A stretch of DNA of 64,000 nucleotides from positions 47,988,001 through 48,052,000 of the forward strand of contig NC_091979.1 in NCBI RefSeq assembly GCF_044704955.1, written 5' to 3'. Below are positions 51,097 through 64,000 of the stretch, piece after piece. The notes under the pieces were generated by a model. The model searched no databases. It saw only the letters and a program-made list of their open reading frames with translations, and was not told the DNA's origin. How positions within the stretch are numbered: the stretch's first letter is position 1; each line of letters opens with the position of its first letter. The stretch comes from Pristiophorus japonicus (taxonomy: Eukaryota). The translations under genes and the position numbers were made by a program.

Positions 51097-52245
51097 AAGA
51101 TTACTGCACAAGATAAAAGTTCACGGGGTTGGGGGTAATATATTAGCATGGATAGAGGGTTGGCTAACAAACAGAAAACAGCGAGTCGGGATAAATGGTT
51201 CATTCTCAGGTTGGCAATCAGTAACTAGTGGGGTGTCGCCGGGATCAGTGCTGGGACCCCAACTATTTACAATCTATATTAACGACTTGGAAGAAGGGAC
51301 CGAGTGTAGCATAGCCAAGTTTGCTGATGATACAAAGGTGAGAGGAAAAGCAATGTGTGAGGAGGACACAAAATATCTGCAAAAGGACATAGACAGGCTA
51401 AGTGAGTGGGCAAAAATTTGGCAGATGGAGTATAATGTTGGAAAATGTGAGGTCATGCACTTTGGCAGAAAAAATATCAAAGAGCAAGTTATTATTTAAA
51501 TGGAGAAAGATTGCAAAGTGCTGCAGTACAGCAGGACCTGGGAGTACTTGTGCATCAAACACAAAAGGTTAGTATGCAGGTACAGCAAGTGATTAGGAAG
51601 GCCAATGGAATCTTGGCCTTTATTGCAAAGGGGATGGAGTATAAAAGCAGGGAAGTCTTGCTACAGTTATACAGGGTATTGGTGAGGCCACATCTGGAAT
51701 ACCGCATGCAGTTTTGGTTTCCATATTTACGAAAGGATATACTTGCTTTGGAGTCAGTTCACAAAGTTGATTCCGGAGATGAGAGGGTTGACTTATGAGA
51801 AAAGGTTGAGTAGGTTGGGCCTCTACTCATTGGAATTCTGAAGAATGAGAGATGATCTTATCGAAACGTACAAGATTATGAGGGGGCTTGACAAGGTGGA
51901 TGCAGAGATGATGTTTCCACTGATAGAGGAGACTAGAACTAGAGGGCATAATCTTAGACTAAGGGGCTGCCCAATTAAAACTGAAATGAGGAGAAATTTC
52001 TTCTCTCAGAGGGTTGTGGATCTGTGGAATTTGCTGCCTTAAAGAGCTATGGAAGCTGGGACATTGAATAAATTTAAGACAGAAATAGACAGTTTCTTAA
52101 ACGATAAAGGAATAAGGGGTTATGGAGAGCGGGCAGGGAAGTGGACCTGAGTCCATAATCGGATCAGCCATGATTGTATTAAATGATGAAGCTGGCTCGA
52201 GGGACCATGTGACCTACTCCTGCTCCTATTTCTTATGTTCTTATT
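51097..52245 (+). mobile_element. CR1 3' fragment inserted into an inverted CR1 tail remnant (51033-52310)
   Basis: RT motifs SGVSPGSVLGP, KFADDTK; ttcttatgttctt tail. Confidence 0.9.
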
Positions 52246-52554
52246 TAACTATCCAATTAGACTCCCCCCTACCCCCCCACTCCCCCACTCCCTCCGCTCA
52301 TTCCCCATAAAACTGCCATGGTGGGATTTGACCTCACGCTCTCTGGATTAGTAGTCCAGCACCCCTTCTGGCATTCCAGCTGCCTTTAGCTAACTTAGCA
52401 CAAACCAGGGATCAAACCTGGGACCTCCTGATCCATATGACTGGGCTATGGGTCTCAACTTTGTTAAACTCACTCCAATCGATTATTCTTTATCTTTTAC
52501 AAAGCCAAAAAGTCATAGCAGTCAATTGCCTGAAAATACTGCTCCACAGACAAT

Positions 52555-53305
52555 GGGCTCAATTTTCCCCAATGCCGTTTTTTGCTGTATTGCCGGAGTT
52601 ACGTCCGTTTTTTTTGGCCCGATCTACTCCAAAAAAGTAGCAAGTTTCCCCGTTCTATTTTTTGAAATTGGCACCGCACAGCCTGTCCCTTAGCTTTGGC
52701 GGGCGGTTGGTGGAAGATTCAGAGGGGATTTGACGGGGGGGCTTCTTTACATAGAGGGTTGTGGGGATCTGGAACTTGCTGCGTGGTAGAGTAGTGGATG
52801 CAGTGAACCTCACCACATTTAAGAGATGGTTGGATGGGCACCTAAAGTGCCGTAAGCTGCAGGATTATGGACCTAAAGCTGGTCATGGGATTAGACTGGA
52901 CAACCTCTTATCGGCCGGCGCAGATATGATGGTAAGTACTGCAGGGAATCGAATACAGCCAGGGTGATCTCCTGGACTAATTTCGATCGCCTGGATGGGT
53001 CGGAGAGCAATTTTCCAAGATTTTTTTCCCCCAAATTGGCCTGGGTTTTTATCTGATTTTTGCCTCTCCCAGGAGATCACATGGCTCCGGTTGGGGTGGA
53101 GTGTAGAATGTTTCAGTGTAGCGGGTGTCGCAGTTGAGGCGGACTGGTTGGGCCGGGTGCTCTTTACCTTTCTGCCATTGTTCATAGGTTTATATGTAAC
53201 CTTTAGGGCTGCTGACCGAGGGCTGTGCGGCTCTTTGTCGGCCGGCGCGGACACGATGGGCCGAAATGGTCTCCTTCTGCGCTGTAAATTTCTATGTTTC
53301 TATTG
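52555..53305 (+). mobile_element. Harbinger MITE left arm (52555-52705) truncated by a CR1-type 3' fragment
   Basis: gggctcaattttcccc terminus, then FFT*RVVGIWN and tttctatgtttcta tail. Confidence 0.6.
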
Positions 53306-55804
53306 CCAGATGAGGCCTTGTAATGATTTTGTCCTCGAATGTTCAGTTGAAAAGGTGATGTATGTAAAAATAGTATTAGAATTTAAAAAAAAACATAGGC
53401 TGAGATAACTGGTCCCTGCCATCTTCATGGTATTTGCACAGTTACACACCTGGCCTCAGTTCCTTGCATCCTGTGCACTTATTGTAGTATGGGGTCATGG
53501 GAGCAGAGGTGTTGGTGACGAGACACCAAATTTCTGTCCTTAGGTTTGAACACATTAGGATGGAAATTATTGGTAGCAACGACATAAATACAAAGACTTA
53601 CTATGCTTGTATCAAATTCCTCTCTTCGCGGAGCCGTTTTAAAATATATGGATTAGTACCCGAGAGAGGAATGTGATACGATAGTGTTAAGCCGTTGTAC
53701 AATTACATCACCTTTAGTAAAGATGGGATCTTCGGGTGGGATGTTAGCTACCTCATGGTAAGTGTCCTATTATCAAATTAACTTCGAAATATTTGCTACT
53801 AAATTACACGCAAGACAGACTTCCTCTTTTCTGAACATTTATTCACTTCCTTTTTAGAAGCTATTTATGGATTCTGCTTCCACGGCTGTGTCTGGTAGTA
53901 CATTCTGAATGATTGGTATAGGTTTAACATTACCGCTCGGCATTGCGGAGATGGGTTTATTTGCATGGTTGGGCGGCCCACCAGCATTTACAGGGAGGCT
54001 TCATGGTGCCCATCCTGATCCGACTTTTTAAGGCCCACAACAATTCTACCAGAGAGCGACAAATTTTTTTAATATATAAAGAAGAATATCAACTCCAATG
54101 GGAGCCAGGACTCTAAAAAAAATAAGGTAATTAATCCTGTCTAGGATTGATTATCTTTGCCTGCCTAAATGTTTGTGGCCTGTCAAAAGGCCTCAGCAGA
54201 ACTCTCACCAGCTCTTAGCGAAATTCCTGGGTTAAGTACACGAGGGAGAAAGGAATAGAAAACAAAACAATCTGTACATTTTTTGAAAGAAAACTGGATT
54301 CCATGCTTTAGTACTGTCAGAGATCTGTTGATGGGGGAGATGAGGTGAATAGAGTGGGAGGAGGATCGAATAGAGCATAAACACCAACTAGTCAGTTCCT
54401 GTGCTGTAAATTCTATCTAATTCTATCTCAGGTACTCCCCAAGACAGGCTCCCTTGACATGGGGGAAGTTGGTGGGGGACAGAAGTTCCCCCACTTCCCC
54501 TATTGGAAAATGGTAAACAGCAAGAAAAACGAGGCAAAATCCTGGGGGGGAACCACTTTTGCACCAAATTCCGCCCACCTTTGGACACAGCTGTAATATC
54601 GGACCCATTGTCTCTGGCTTTCCCCGAGCCAGCTGTAATGTGGATCGTATGGTTAATCAGACATAATTTAATTCTGCGCCAAAGGAAAAACAAAACAATT
54701 TTTTACTAAAGAGCTGTGCATTGAAAACAAATATTCAAGTATTATTTAAATGAACACATCACAAACATTGGGCTGCATTTAGGCTGTTTTTGTTCTTTGC
54801 ATTTGATTGGTGCAGGCATTTGGAAAATGCAGTGGGTAAAGTATTTGAGAAGGTAATTTATGTGTGGATTTTACTATCACCTTTCTCAAAACTATGGAAA
54901 AATTCTATGGGCTCAGTTTCCCCCAGTTATCTGCACCGTTATTTTGGCGTAAATTAAAATAGCCAAGTTTCCCCAAAGTTTGTGTGCCAGTGTAACTCAG
55001 TTAGTTCCGATTTTATTTTAGGTTAGTATTTTTTTGCATCAGTTTTTCACATTTAAGCAAGTTTGGCCAAATTACATTTTTCCTAGGATGGCGCATGTGA
55101 CCACTCCCCCAAAAACCTTCTGGGTACTGAAGAAAAACATTATAAAATTGACGCAGAAAGACGCCATTGTTTTTAGATGAAGTTTTGGAGGGAGTCAAAA
55201 AGACAAAGGATATGCATCATGAAGCTTAATATTTTTCAAAGTCAAAAGTGAGAAAATGGAAGTCTAATGTAATTCTTTAACTTTAGATTTTGTTCAAAGT
55301 ACCACGCCACCACCGAACATCTCCTCACCGGGCTCGAGGGTCGAGCGTCGGCCGGCAGAATTGCTCCCTTGCCCGGATACAGGGGCTCGGCTTCAAAAGA
55401 GGCCCGGGATGGGGTGGGAGGGGAAGCCAAACTGAAGGGATGAGAACCCTTAGACATACAGCAACTTCAAAAGAAGTCCGGGGGGGGGGGGGGGGGGGGG
55501 AGCGGTGGACGCTGAGCCTCTGTGTCCGGGTGAGGGAGCGATTCTGCCGGCTGACCCTTGAGCCCGGTGAGGAGATGTTCGATCGGCAGTGGGGTGGTAC
55601 TTTGAAAAAATTCAAAAATTAAAGAATTGCATTAGACTTCGTTGCCCCAAATGTCTTCATTGAATGCCTAGCTTCCCGTTCTAAGCAAGCCTACTGCGCA
55701 TGCGCAGACCTGGGTGTGGTCCATACTAGGGCGTAGACCTCGGGGAGAGAGAGAGACAGGAAAGAAGTCCTGCTGTTTTGAGCTTCTTGCAAAGCTACAA
55801 CTAA

Positions 55805-58800
55805 ATGACGGGGGCAATATTGACAATGCCATACCTCGTGCAAGCTTTCTGCATGATGGTGCTGCGGAGGAGAAGATTGATTAGGCATCATCGCTTGAGG
55901 AACCTCAGAGCACGTAGGATGATGAGCAGGAGGCCTTACCCATGTCGGGTATATCGAAACAGGCATTTGTACCTGCAGCTGAGTGATGCAGACTGTGTGA
56001 GAAGGCTGCATTTCCGCAAATAAGTTGTAACCGAGATCTGTGAGTTAGTAAAAGCAGACCTAGAAGCATCAGAAGGACTGCTGTGTCATTTGAAGTAAAG
56101 GTTGGACAAGATGGCCGCCAGGGTGGCAGCTCCCTAGCGAGCTCCCCTGCTAATCAACTCCCATCTTCAACCATTGGCAACTTTCAACCCTCAACATCCC
56201 CCCTCCCACTGTCTAAACTTCCCTAATAGGGGGTCTTAATTACTTAAACCCAACCCCACAAGTTCGGGCCTCCCTTAGGCTTCCCACCACACCACCCATC
56301 GGCATGCAGCGGCAAAGACCGGGCCTCCTGCGGTGAAGACCGAGACTCCAGCGGCGACGAACTGGACCTGACGATCGGGCACTCCCACCCCCAGCGGCGA
56401 TTGAAACACCTCCAGCGGCAGCAGATGGGCCTCTCCTCCCTGACGATGGCTGGACCTCCTTCGGCGACAGGCGACCTCCTCCTCAACTACGACTGGGCCC
56501 TCCTCTTCTACGACGGCGGTTAGCCCCCCGCCCCGTCCACCTTCAGCGACGACTGGAGCTCTCCTGTCCCATCGGTGACCTAGCCTACTCTCTTCCTCCA
56601 ACACGTGGTGAGCATCATGGCCATGAACCCCAGTGGGCCACTGACCCTCTCAATGCCTGCCCTAAACCAAGCCTCAGACCACCTACATCAAGGGCTGAGT
56701 CTGCGGCCAACATCTCGCCGTAGGCAACTTGGCCCATGTAGGGGATAAGGGGTGAGGGGGAGCAGGCGGGGAAGTGGAGTTGAGTCCATGATCAGATCAG
56801 CCACGATCTTATTGAATGGTGGAGCAGGCTCGAGGGGCCATATGGCCTACTCCTGTTCCTATTTCTTATGTTCTTATAACAGTGCCTGGTCTCCAGTCAT
56901 CTTGGACCCCCTTGCCACTGGATCAAGACCTTGCTCACCTAAGCCTGTGTGGTAGTCGGTGTGCAATGACCACCCCACATTAAAAGAACTCACGCACAGG
57001 CATCTTCCACTCCTCTAACATGAAGTTCGGGACCTGGAACGTCAGGACCCTCATGGATAACTCCAACAGCGACAGGCCAGAACGCCGCACCGCCATAGTT
57101 GCCCAGGAACTTAGACGCTTTGACATCGCCATCGCCGCCCTAAGCGAGACCCGGCAGGGGAAAGCCAGCTCAAGGAACAAGGTGGAGGTTACACCTTCTT
57201 CTGGAAAGGGAAACCAGAGAAGAACGCCGCCTCCACGGAGTCGGTTTCGCCATCAAAAACAAGCTGGTTGACCGCCTCAAAGACTCCTCCTGCGGGGCTA
57301 ACGAACGCCTCATGACTCTTCGACTCACCCTATCCCGGAATCAATGCGCCACAGTCATCAGTGTGTACGTCCCAACACTCGATGCAACAGATGAGACAAA
57401 AGAAGGTTTTTATTCCAGTCTCAAAAAATCCCTGTCCCGCATCCCTGCGGACAACAAACTGATGCTCCTCAGTGACTTTAACGCCAGGGTCGGTAAGGAC
57501 ACAGCCCTCTGGGGAGGCGTGATTGGCAGAGAGGGGATAGGGAAAGCCAACTCCAGTGGTACCCTATCCTGACTAAATGTCTAGAACATGAACTTCTCAT
57601 CACCAACACCTTGTTCCACCAAAGGGACAAATACAAGGCATTGTGGTAAACACTGGCGCCCGCTCGACTATGTTATCATCCGAGCCAGGGATCACAAGGA
57701 TGTGCGCATCACCCGTGCCATGACAGGAGCTGACGACTGCTGGATGGACCACCGCCTAATCCGAACTATCATTGACATCAACATAGCCCCAAAGCGGAGG
57801 GGGCAGCAGAAGCAGTGTCACAAAAAAAGTCAATGCCGGGGCACTTAAGGACCCAGCTGAGAAAGCCCTATACAGTCCGCGCCTCACAGCTAACCTGGTG
57901 TGCCTTGATGACCCTGAGATGCAGAATGCCCACAGCGTTTGATCTGCCCTCCAGGCCTCCATAACCAGTGCCTGTGAAGAGACGCTCGGTCACTCAACCA
58001 GGAAACACCAGGACTGGTTTGATGAGAATGATCAGGAGATCCAAGAGCTAATAGATCGCAAGCGCAGGGCATTTCTGAGACTTAAACAACAACCCAACTC
58101 GGGAACAGCAAAGCAGCATTACAGACAGCTCAAGGCTGAGGTCCAACAAAAAACTCGGGACCTAAAGAACAGGGGTGGATGGAGAAAGCACAGGAGATAC
58201 GGCAGCTGGCCGACAGCCTTGATGTGCGAAGATTCTTCATCGCAGTCCAGGCCACCTACAATCCAAACATCCAAGGCCCCACCCCACTGCTGGCCAAGAA
58301 CGGGGAAACACTCATCAAAGACATTGAGGCAGTCAGGGCCCACTGGAAGGAGCACTTCGAAGATCTCCTCAATCAAGACTCTGCCTTTGACCCGAGTGTT
58401 CTCGATTCCATCCCGCAGCATGCTACCCGCTACCACCTTGGCAAAACCCCAACACTGCACGAGGTAGAAAAAGCCATAAGACAGCTTAAAAACAGCAACT
58501 CTACAGGAGCAACTCTGGAATCCCTACTGAGGCACTGAAGTATGGCGGAGAGGCGCTGCTGGCGCGAATACATGACCTCATCTCTCTCATCTGGAGGCAG
58601 GAGAGCATGCCGGGAGATCTCAGAGATGCAATGATCGTGACCATCTTTAAAAAGGGGACAAGTCCAACTGTGTCAACTACAGAGGAATCTCCCTGCTATC
58701 AGCCACTGGAAAAGTTGTCGCTAGAGTCCTCCTTAACCTGTGGCCGAGGAGCTCCTCCCGGAGTCGCAGTGCGGATTTCGTCCCCAACGGGGCACAACGG

Positions 58801-61050
58801 ACATGATTTTTGCAGCGTGACAACTGCAGGAAAAATGCAGGGTACAGCACTAGCCCTTATACATGGCCTTCTTCAACCTTACAAAGGCCTTTGACACTGT
58901 CAACTGCAAAGATCTATGGAGCGTCCTCCTCCGCTTCGGATGCCCCCAAAAGTTCGTCACCATCTTCCGCCTGCTCCACGATGACATCCAGGCCGTGATC
59001 CTTACCAACGGGTCCATTGCTGAACCAATCCACGTCCAGGGTCAAATAGGGCTGCGTCATCGCCCCAACCCTCTTCCCAATCTTCCTCGCTGCCATGCTA
59101 CACCTCACAGTCAACAAGCTCCCCGCTAGAGTGGAACTAAACTGCAGAAACAGTGGGAACCTGTTCAACCTTCGTCGTCTCCAGGCCAGGTCCAAGACCA
59201 CCTCAACCTCTGTCGTCGAGCTATAGTATACGGACGACGCCTGCATCAGGACTTAGTCGACGTATTTACTGAGGCGTATGATTGCATCCGTAAGACAAAT
59301 GTCCTCCACCAGCCTGTCCTCACCGCACAGCACTGCCCCCAAGACATCAAGATCCACGGCATGGCCCTGGACAACATGGACCATTTCCCATACCTCGCGA
59401 GCCTCTTATCAACAAGAGCAGGCATTGACGACGAGATTCAACACCGCCTCCAGTGCGTCAGTGCAGCCTTCGGCCGCCTGAGGAAAAGAGTGTTTGAAGA
59501 CCAGGCCCTCAATACTGCCAACAAGCTCATGGTCTACAGGGCTGTAGTAATACCCGCCCTCCTGTATGGCTCAGAAACATGGACCATGTAGATACCTCAA
59601 GTCACTGGAGAAATACCACGAACGATGTCTCCGCAAGATCCTACAAATTCCCTGGGAGGACAGACGCATCAACATTAGCGTCCTCGACCAGGCCAACATC
59701 CCCAGCATTGAAGCACTGACCACACGTGATCAGCTCCGCTGGGCGGGCCACAATGTTCACATGCCTAACACGAGACTCCCAAAGCAAGCGCTCTACTTGG
59801 AACTCCTTCATGGCAAACGAGCCAAAGGTGGACAGAGGAAACGTTACAAAGACACCCTCAAAGCCTCCCTGATAAAGTGCAATATCCCCACTGACACCTG
59901 GGAGTCCCTGGCCAAAGACCGCCCTAAGTGGAGGAAGTGCATCCGAGAGGGCACTGAGCACCTCGAGTCTCATCGCTGAGAGCATGCTGAAATCAAGCGC
60001 AGACAACGGAAGGAGTGTGGGGCAAACAAGTCCCACCCACCCCTTCCCTCAATGACTATCTGTCCCACCTGTGACAGAATCTGTGGTTCTCGTATTGGAC
60101 TGTTCAGCCACCTAAGAACTCAGTTTAAGCGTGTTAGCATGTCTTCCTCGATTCCGAGCGACTGCCTGTGATGACAGCTGCACTTTCATTTTATGCATCT
60201 GGATCATTCCAAGCCACAACTGTGGATGTGTATGCCATTTCTCAACATGCAACACATATCTGCATTCGGCTGGTGACTGCTGCACTATATGCCAAGAGGA
60301 ATGACTACATAAAGTTCCCCATGACCACCCAGGCATTGCATGAAAGGGCTGTGGGCTTCTCCAGGATTTCTGGCTTCCCAAAGGTACGGGGCTGCATTGA
60401 TTGAACTCACGTCCCCTTGCGAGCACCTTTGGAGGATACTGAGATATACAGGAAAAGTAAAGGCTTCCACTCCGTGAACGTGCAGCTCGTCTGTGACGAT
60501 ATGCATTGGTGGGAGCACTCATGATGCATTCATCCTACGTGAGAGCCATGTTTCAGCAGCAGCCAGAAGGGCAGAGCTGTTTGCTGGGAGACAAATGGTA
60601 TGACCTCGCCACCTGGTTCATGACGCCCCCTACGCGTAACCCAGACGAAAGCTGACTGGGAATACAACATGTCACACATTGCGATGCGCAGCATAATAGA
60701 GAGGACCATTAGAATCTTGAAGCAGCGTTTCCGATGCCTGGACCATTCTGGAGGCTACTTGCAATACTCCCGAGATTGTCGGTCAGTTCACTGTTGTGTG
60801 CTGCATGCTACATAACTTAGCCATCATGAGGCAGCAGCAGCTCGTTGTAGAAGACTCACTTGAGATGAGAATGGCTGATGATGAGGAGGAACACGCAGCT
60901 GGTGAAAAGGAGGAGGGCGACGAGGATGAGGAAGCCATGCAACTACCTGAACCTGGAGCATGGCAACGGAGGAGGGCGGGCCGTCGTGCCCCTTTAACGG
61001 TTGCTTGAGCCTTGCGCCAGCAACTCATCCGTGAACACTTTGCTGCCTGA
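55805..61050 (+). pseudogene. Harbinger DDE transposase (HARBI1-like), split at 56103/60174 by an RTE; stops and frameshifts
   Basis: DCVRRLHF...EVKV|TAALSFYASGSFQ...GFPKVRGCID*TH...KGFHSVNVQLVCD...LLGD...IERTIRILKQRFRCL...CCMLHN. Confidence 0.9.
56104..60173 (+). mobile_element. Near full-length RTE (BovB-like) LINE with long 5'UTR and frameshifted APE-RT ORF from 57020
   Basis: MKFGTWNVRTL...ALSETR, SDFNARVG, DHRL, RT motifs, CPTCD, gactgcctgtgatg tail. Confidence 0.92.
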
Positions 61051-61429
61051 AGGCTCAGAGGCAACTATTCCAAATGGACCATGTTTACTGTTTGGACATG
61101 TTCCATAATGTTGTGCTGTGTTAATGGAACAAATAATAGAAATTATTCTTTAGTTCAAAAAGTTATGTTAATAATGGAACAAATAATTGAAATGATTCAG
61201 TTATAATTTAAAATATATTCAAAAGTTTAATACTTGTTTGTACTTAACTTAAATTTAATAAAAATATTCTTGTATCAAACTTTAAAGTATTCACATCACG
61301 AACAAACTTTTAAAGTTGTAAATTTACATCACTTACAAAAAACTTTTTAATTTGGAACAATTACAACAGTAACAATAATAACAACAACAACAGCAGCAAA
61401 GAAAGGCTGCACCCATCTCTCCTCCACCT

Positions 61430-63172
61430 TATTCTAAGACCACCCGCTGCGCTTGGTCTTGGTGACGCCACCCCTGCCCGCAGGCGGTGGCACAGCGTTT
61501 CTCAGGTTGGTACCAAGCTAATTCTTTCGAACATTTCGGGAAATGCCCACTGCTTGATGGGAGGCGTGGTCAGGCGGTAATGTGGAGGGCCCGGCCTGGG
61601 CCTCTTCAGAAGCAGGTCTGGGGATTGGAGTGGGAGTGGCAATTGATTCCGTCAATGGCCACGGGATTTGGGCATGTTCCCTTATTGCAGCAGCTAACTC
61701 CGATATTCCCTCCCTCATGTGCCCCGACAGTGTCTCAACTGCTTGCAACATTCCCTCCCTCATGTTCACCGACAGTGTCTCAACTACCTGCGACATTCCC
61801 TCCCTCATGTGCACCGACATTGTTTCTGCTGACTGAGACATTCCCTCCCTCATATTCCCGGACAGTGTTCCCATTTCACGTGAGAGTGTTGTTACTTCTC
61901 CCGACAGTGCCGATACCTCATCACCCACCCCACTGATGGTGTCCAGGTGTGATCGCGTAAGGTCAATGCTCTCCGCACTCATTGCCTTCATCTGAACCAC
62001 ATCTGTTAGATCCTGCCCCTTAGGAGAGCGCTGTTCTCTCCAACCCCTCTTCACCCTGGGTGTGGCTCGCTGCATCCCACTGGAACCCGCAGCCTCGGAT
62101 GGTGGGGCCCTGGCTGTGCCTCGCTGCATCTCACTGGGAGCCGCAGCCTCGGACGGTGGAGCGCTGGGTGTGGCTCGCTGAATCCCACTGGAACCCGCAG
62201 CCTCGGACTGTGGGAAACCATGGAATGTACCAGCAACACTCGTACCATTCAGGAAAGGGGCTGGCACCTCAATGGGCGGCACCTGCACCTCCTCCGTGTC
62301 AGTACAACAGTGGGGGCTTCATCCTGCCCCTCCCTCTCACCCCCATGCTCTTGGTCTGGAAGGTCAGATTGGAAGATGTTCTCTTCAGGTTCATCCACAT
62401 CTGAATTTTCTTCTGCATCGTAAGGCTTGGCCTCAAGTTCTGCAAAATATAACAGAACAGACAAATGGTTAGCAGCAGAGGAGGGGGCAGGGTGGGTGGC
62501 ATGAGTAGACTCACACAGCGCAGGCAGCAGGCTCATTTGAAGGACTACAATGAATGATAGCACATTGCATCAACCGAAGCGTAGCTGATGGAGCCATCCG
62601 CATGAATCGAAGCATGGATAGCCCATGCAGTACTTAACATTTCGCAAAGCCAGACGATGGAATTTGCAGGACTTACCCTCTCCCTTGAGTGTGGACCCAG
62701 CTTGTGCAGTGGTAATTGCTTTTCTCCAGGCAGGACCCATCAAAGCAGTGACCCTGTCTTCCAAGTGTGTCAGTGTGTGGAGATTTGCCGGGCCTCCTCC
62801 TGTTCGAGTTCTCTCTCTTTTGTTTTGTCCACCTTCCCCTGAAAAGATGAAAATATAACTTTTAAGAGGTGTCTTTCTGCTGGGTGGGACGTACAAATGG
62901 TTACATTTAAAATTGCAATCCCATTGAATAAATGAAAATATTACTTACACTAACTACTTGACCAAGGTCCTGGCATTTCTTTATGCACTGGCCTCCAGAC
63001 ACCGGAGTGCACAGTAACCTGGAAGTTGATTCCAAAGTTTCTTCATTTCTTTTGGTGAAACTTTTATGTGACCTCTGCTGGTGTCCAGCTCGTGCCATCT
63101 GGCTTCAATTACAGTAACCAGTGCCTCCACTGTATCCTGTGAGACATTCTTTGTCCTTGAGCTGCGTTGCAC
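61430..63172 (-). pseudogene. Harbinger Myb/SANT DNA-binding partner gene, three exons (63172-62949, 62838-62677, 62439-~61430)
   Basis: NVSQDTVEALV...KKLW...QCIKKCQDL|GTAAGT; RTGGGP; canonical GT-AG introns. Confidence 0.8.
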
Positions 63173-63199
63173 TGAGAATTAAAGTTCCCACACAGCACT

Positions 63200-64000
63200 C
63201 AAAGTTCTGTGGGGAGGTCCCAGCAGATTGAAAAACTGCAAATGTAACGCCTCTATTTAAAAAAGGAGGCAGACAAAAAGCAAGAAACTATAGACCAGTT
63301 AGCCTAACATCTGTGGTTGGGAAAATATTGGAGTCCATTATTAAAGAAGCAGTAGCAGGACATTTGGTAAAGTAAAATTTGTTCAGGCAGAGTCAGCATG
63401 GATTTATGAAGGGGAAGTCACGTTTGACAAATTTGCTGGAGTTCTTTGGAGGATGTAACGAACAGGGTGGATAAAGGGGAACAAGTGGATGTGCTGTATT
63501 TGGATTTCCAGAAGGCATTTGACAAGGTGCCACATTAGTAGGGAAATTGGGTTGGGGAAATTGATGGGATTGAAGGCTGATAAATCCCCAGGGTCTGATG
63601 GTCTGCATCCCAGAGTATTTAAGGAGGTGGCCTTGGAAATAGCGGATGCATTGACAGTTATTTTCCAATATTCCACTGACTCTGGATCAGTTCCTATGGA
63701 GTGGAGGGTAGCCAATGTAACTCCACTTTTTAAAAAAGGAGGGAAGAACAAAACAGGGAATTATAGACCGGTCAGCCTGGCATCGGTAGTGGGTAAAATG
63801 ATGGAATCAATTATTAAGGATGTCATAGCAGCGCATTTGGAAAGAGGTGACATGATAGGTCCAAGTCAGCATGGATTTGTGAAAGAGAAATCATGCTTGA
63901 CAAATCTTCTGAAATTTTTTGAGGATGTTTCCAGTAGAGTGCACAAGGGAGAACCAGTTGATGTGATGTATTTGGACTTTCAGAAGGCTTTCGACAAGGT
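63200..64000 (+). mobile_element. Two CR1 RT fragments in tandem (63200-63532, 63533-end)
   Basis: The NYRPVSL..QHGF..YLDFQKAFDKV region appears twice. Confidence 0.85.

Larger units (their letters stand above)
54909..63175 (+). mobile_element. Decayed autonomous PIF/Harbinger DNA transposon (right end replaced by CR1)
   Basis: Left TIR gggctcagtttcccc; DDE transposase (+) and Myb/SANT gene (-) arranged convergently. Confidence 0.9.

Noticed and set aside
53400-54900. Next upstream LYPD6B exon (FKCFTC...CNRWA)
   Set aside because: A Cys-containing stretch near 53430-53500 does not match and hits a stop; the exon probably lies outside the window.
55805-63172. Domesticated HARBI1 and NAIF1/MSANTD host genes
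   Set aside because: Multiple stops and frameshifts, a TIR and an RTE insertion show a decayed transposon.
1-64000. CRISPR arrays, rRNA or tRNA genes, and the many 60-150 aa ORFs
   Set aside because: Eukaryotic DNA with no repeat-spacer arrays. tRNA-like heads belong to SINEs, and most short ORFs are antisense or off-frame readings of LINEs.

Overview
Repeat-saturated vertebrate genomic DNA, most likely from a cartilaginous fish (shark). This is inferred from the CR1/L2/RTE/Deu-SINE landscape and a shark-type MHC class I cytoplasmic tail. The only clear host-gene sequence is the last two coding exons of LYPD6B (minus strand, 50072-50202 and 47926-48096), plus a plausible promoter/first exon near 17.3-17.9 kb that synteny suggests belongs to LYPD6. 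The rest is mostly nested mobile DNA: a complete Gypsy LTR element (28907-41310, 5-bp TSD) filled with CR1 LINEs, a decayed autonomous PIF/Harbinger transposon (54909-~63175; transposase plus convergent Myb/SANT gene) split by a near full-length RTE LINE, several Harbinger MITEs, and many CR1/L2/RTE/SINE fragments. The most unusual object is a Harbinger-family non-autonomous element (12700-14126) enclosing an intronless, spliced MHC class I cDNA fragment (alpha3-TM-cytoplasmic tail-3'UTR), a candidate 'Pack-Harbinger' carrying immune-gene cargo. Its arm is homologous to the autonomous Harbinger in the same window. Repeat boundaries are approximate, read by eye.
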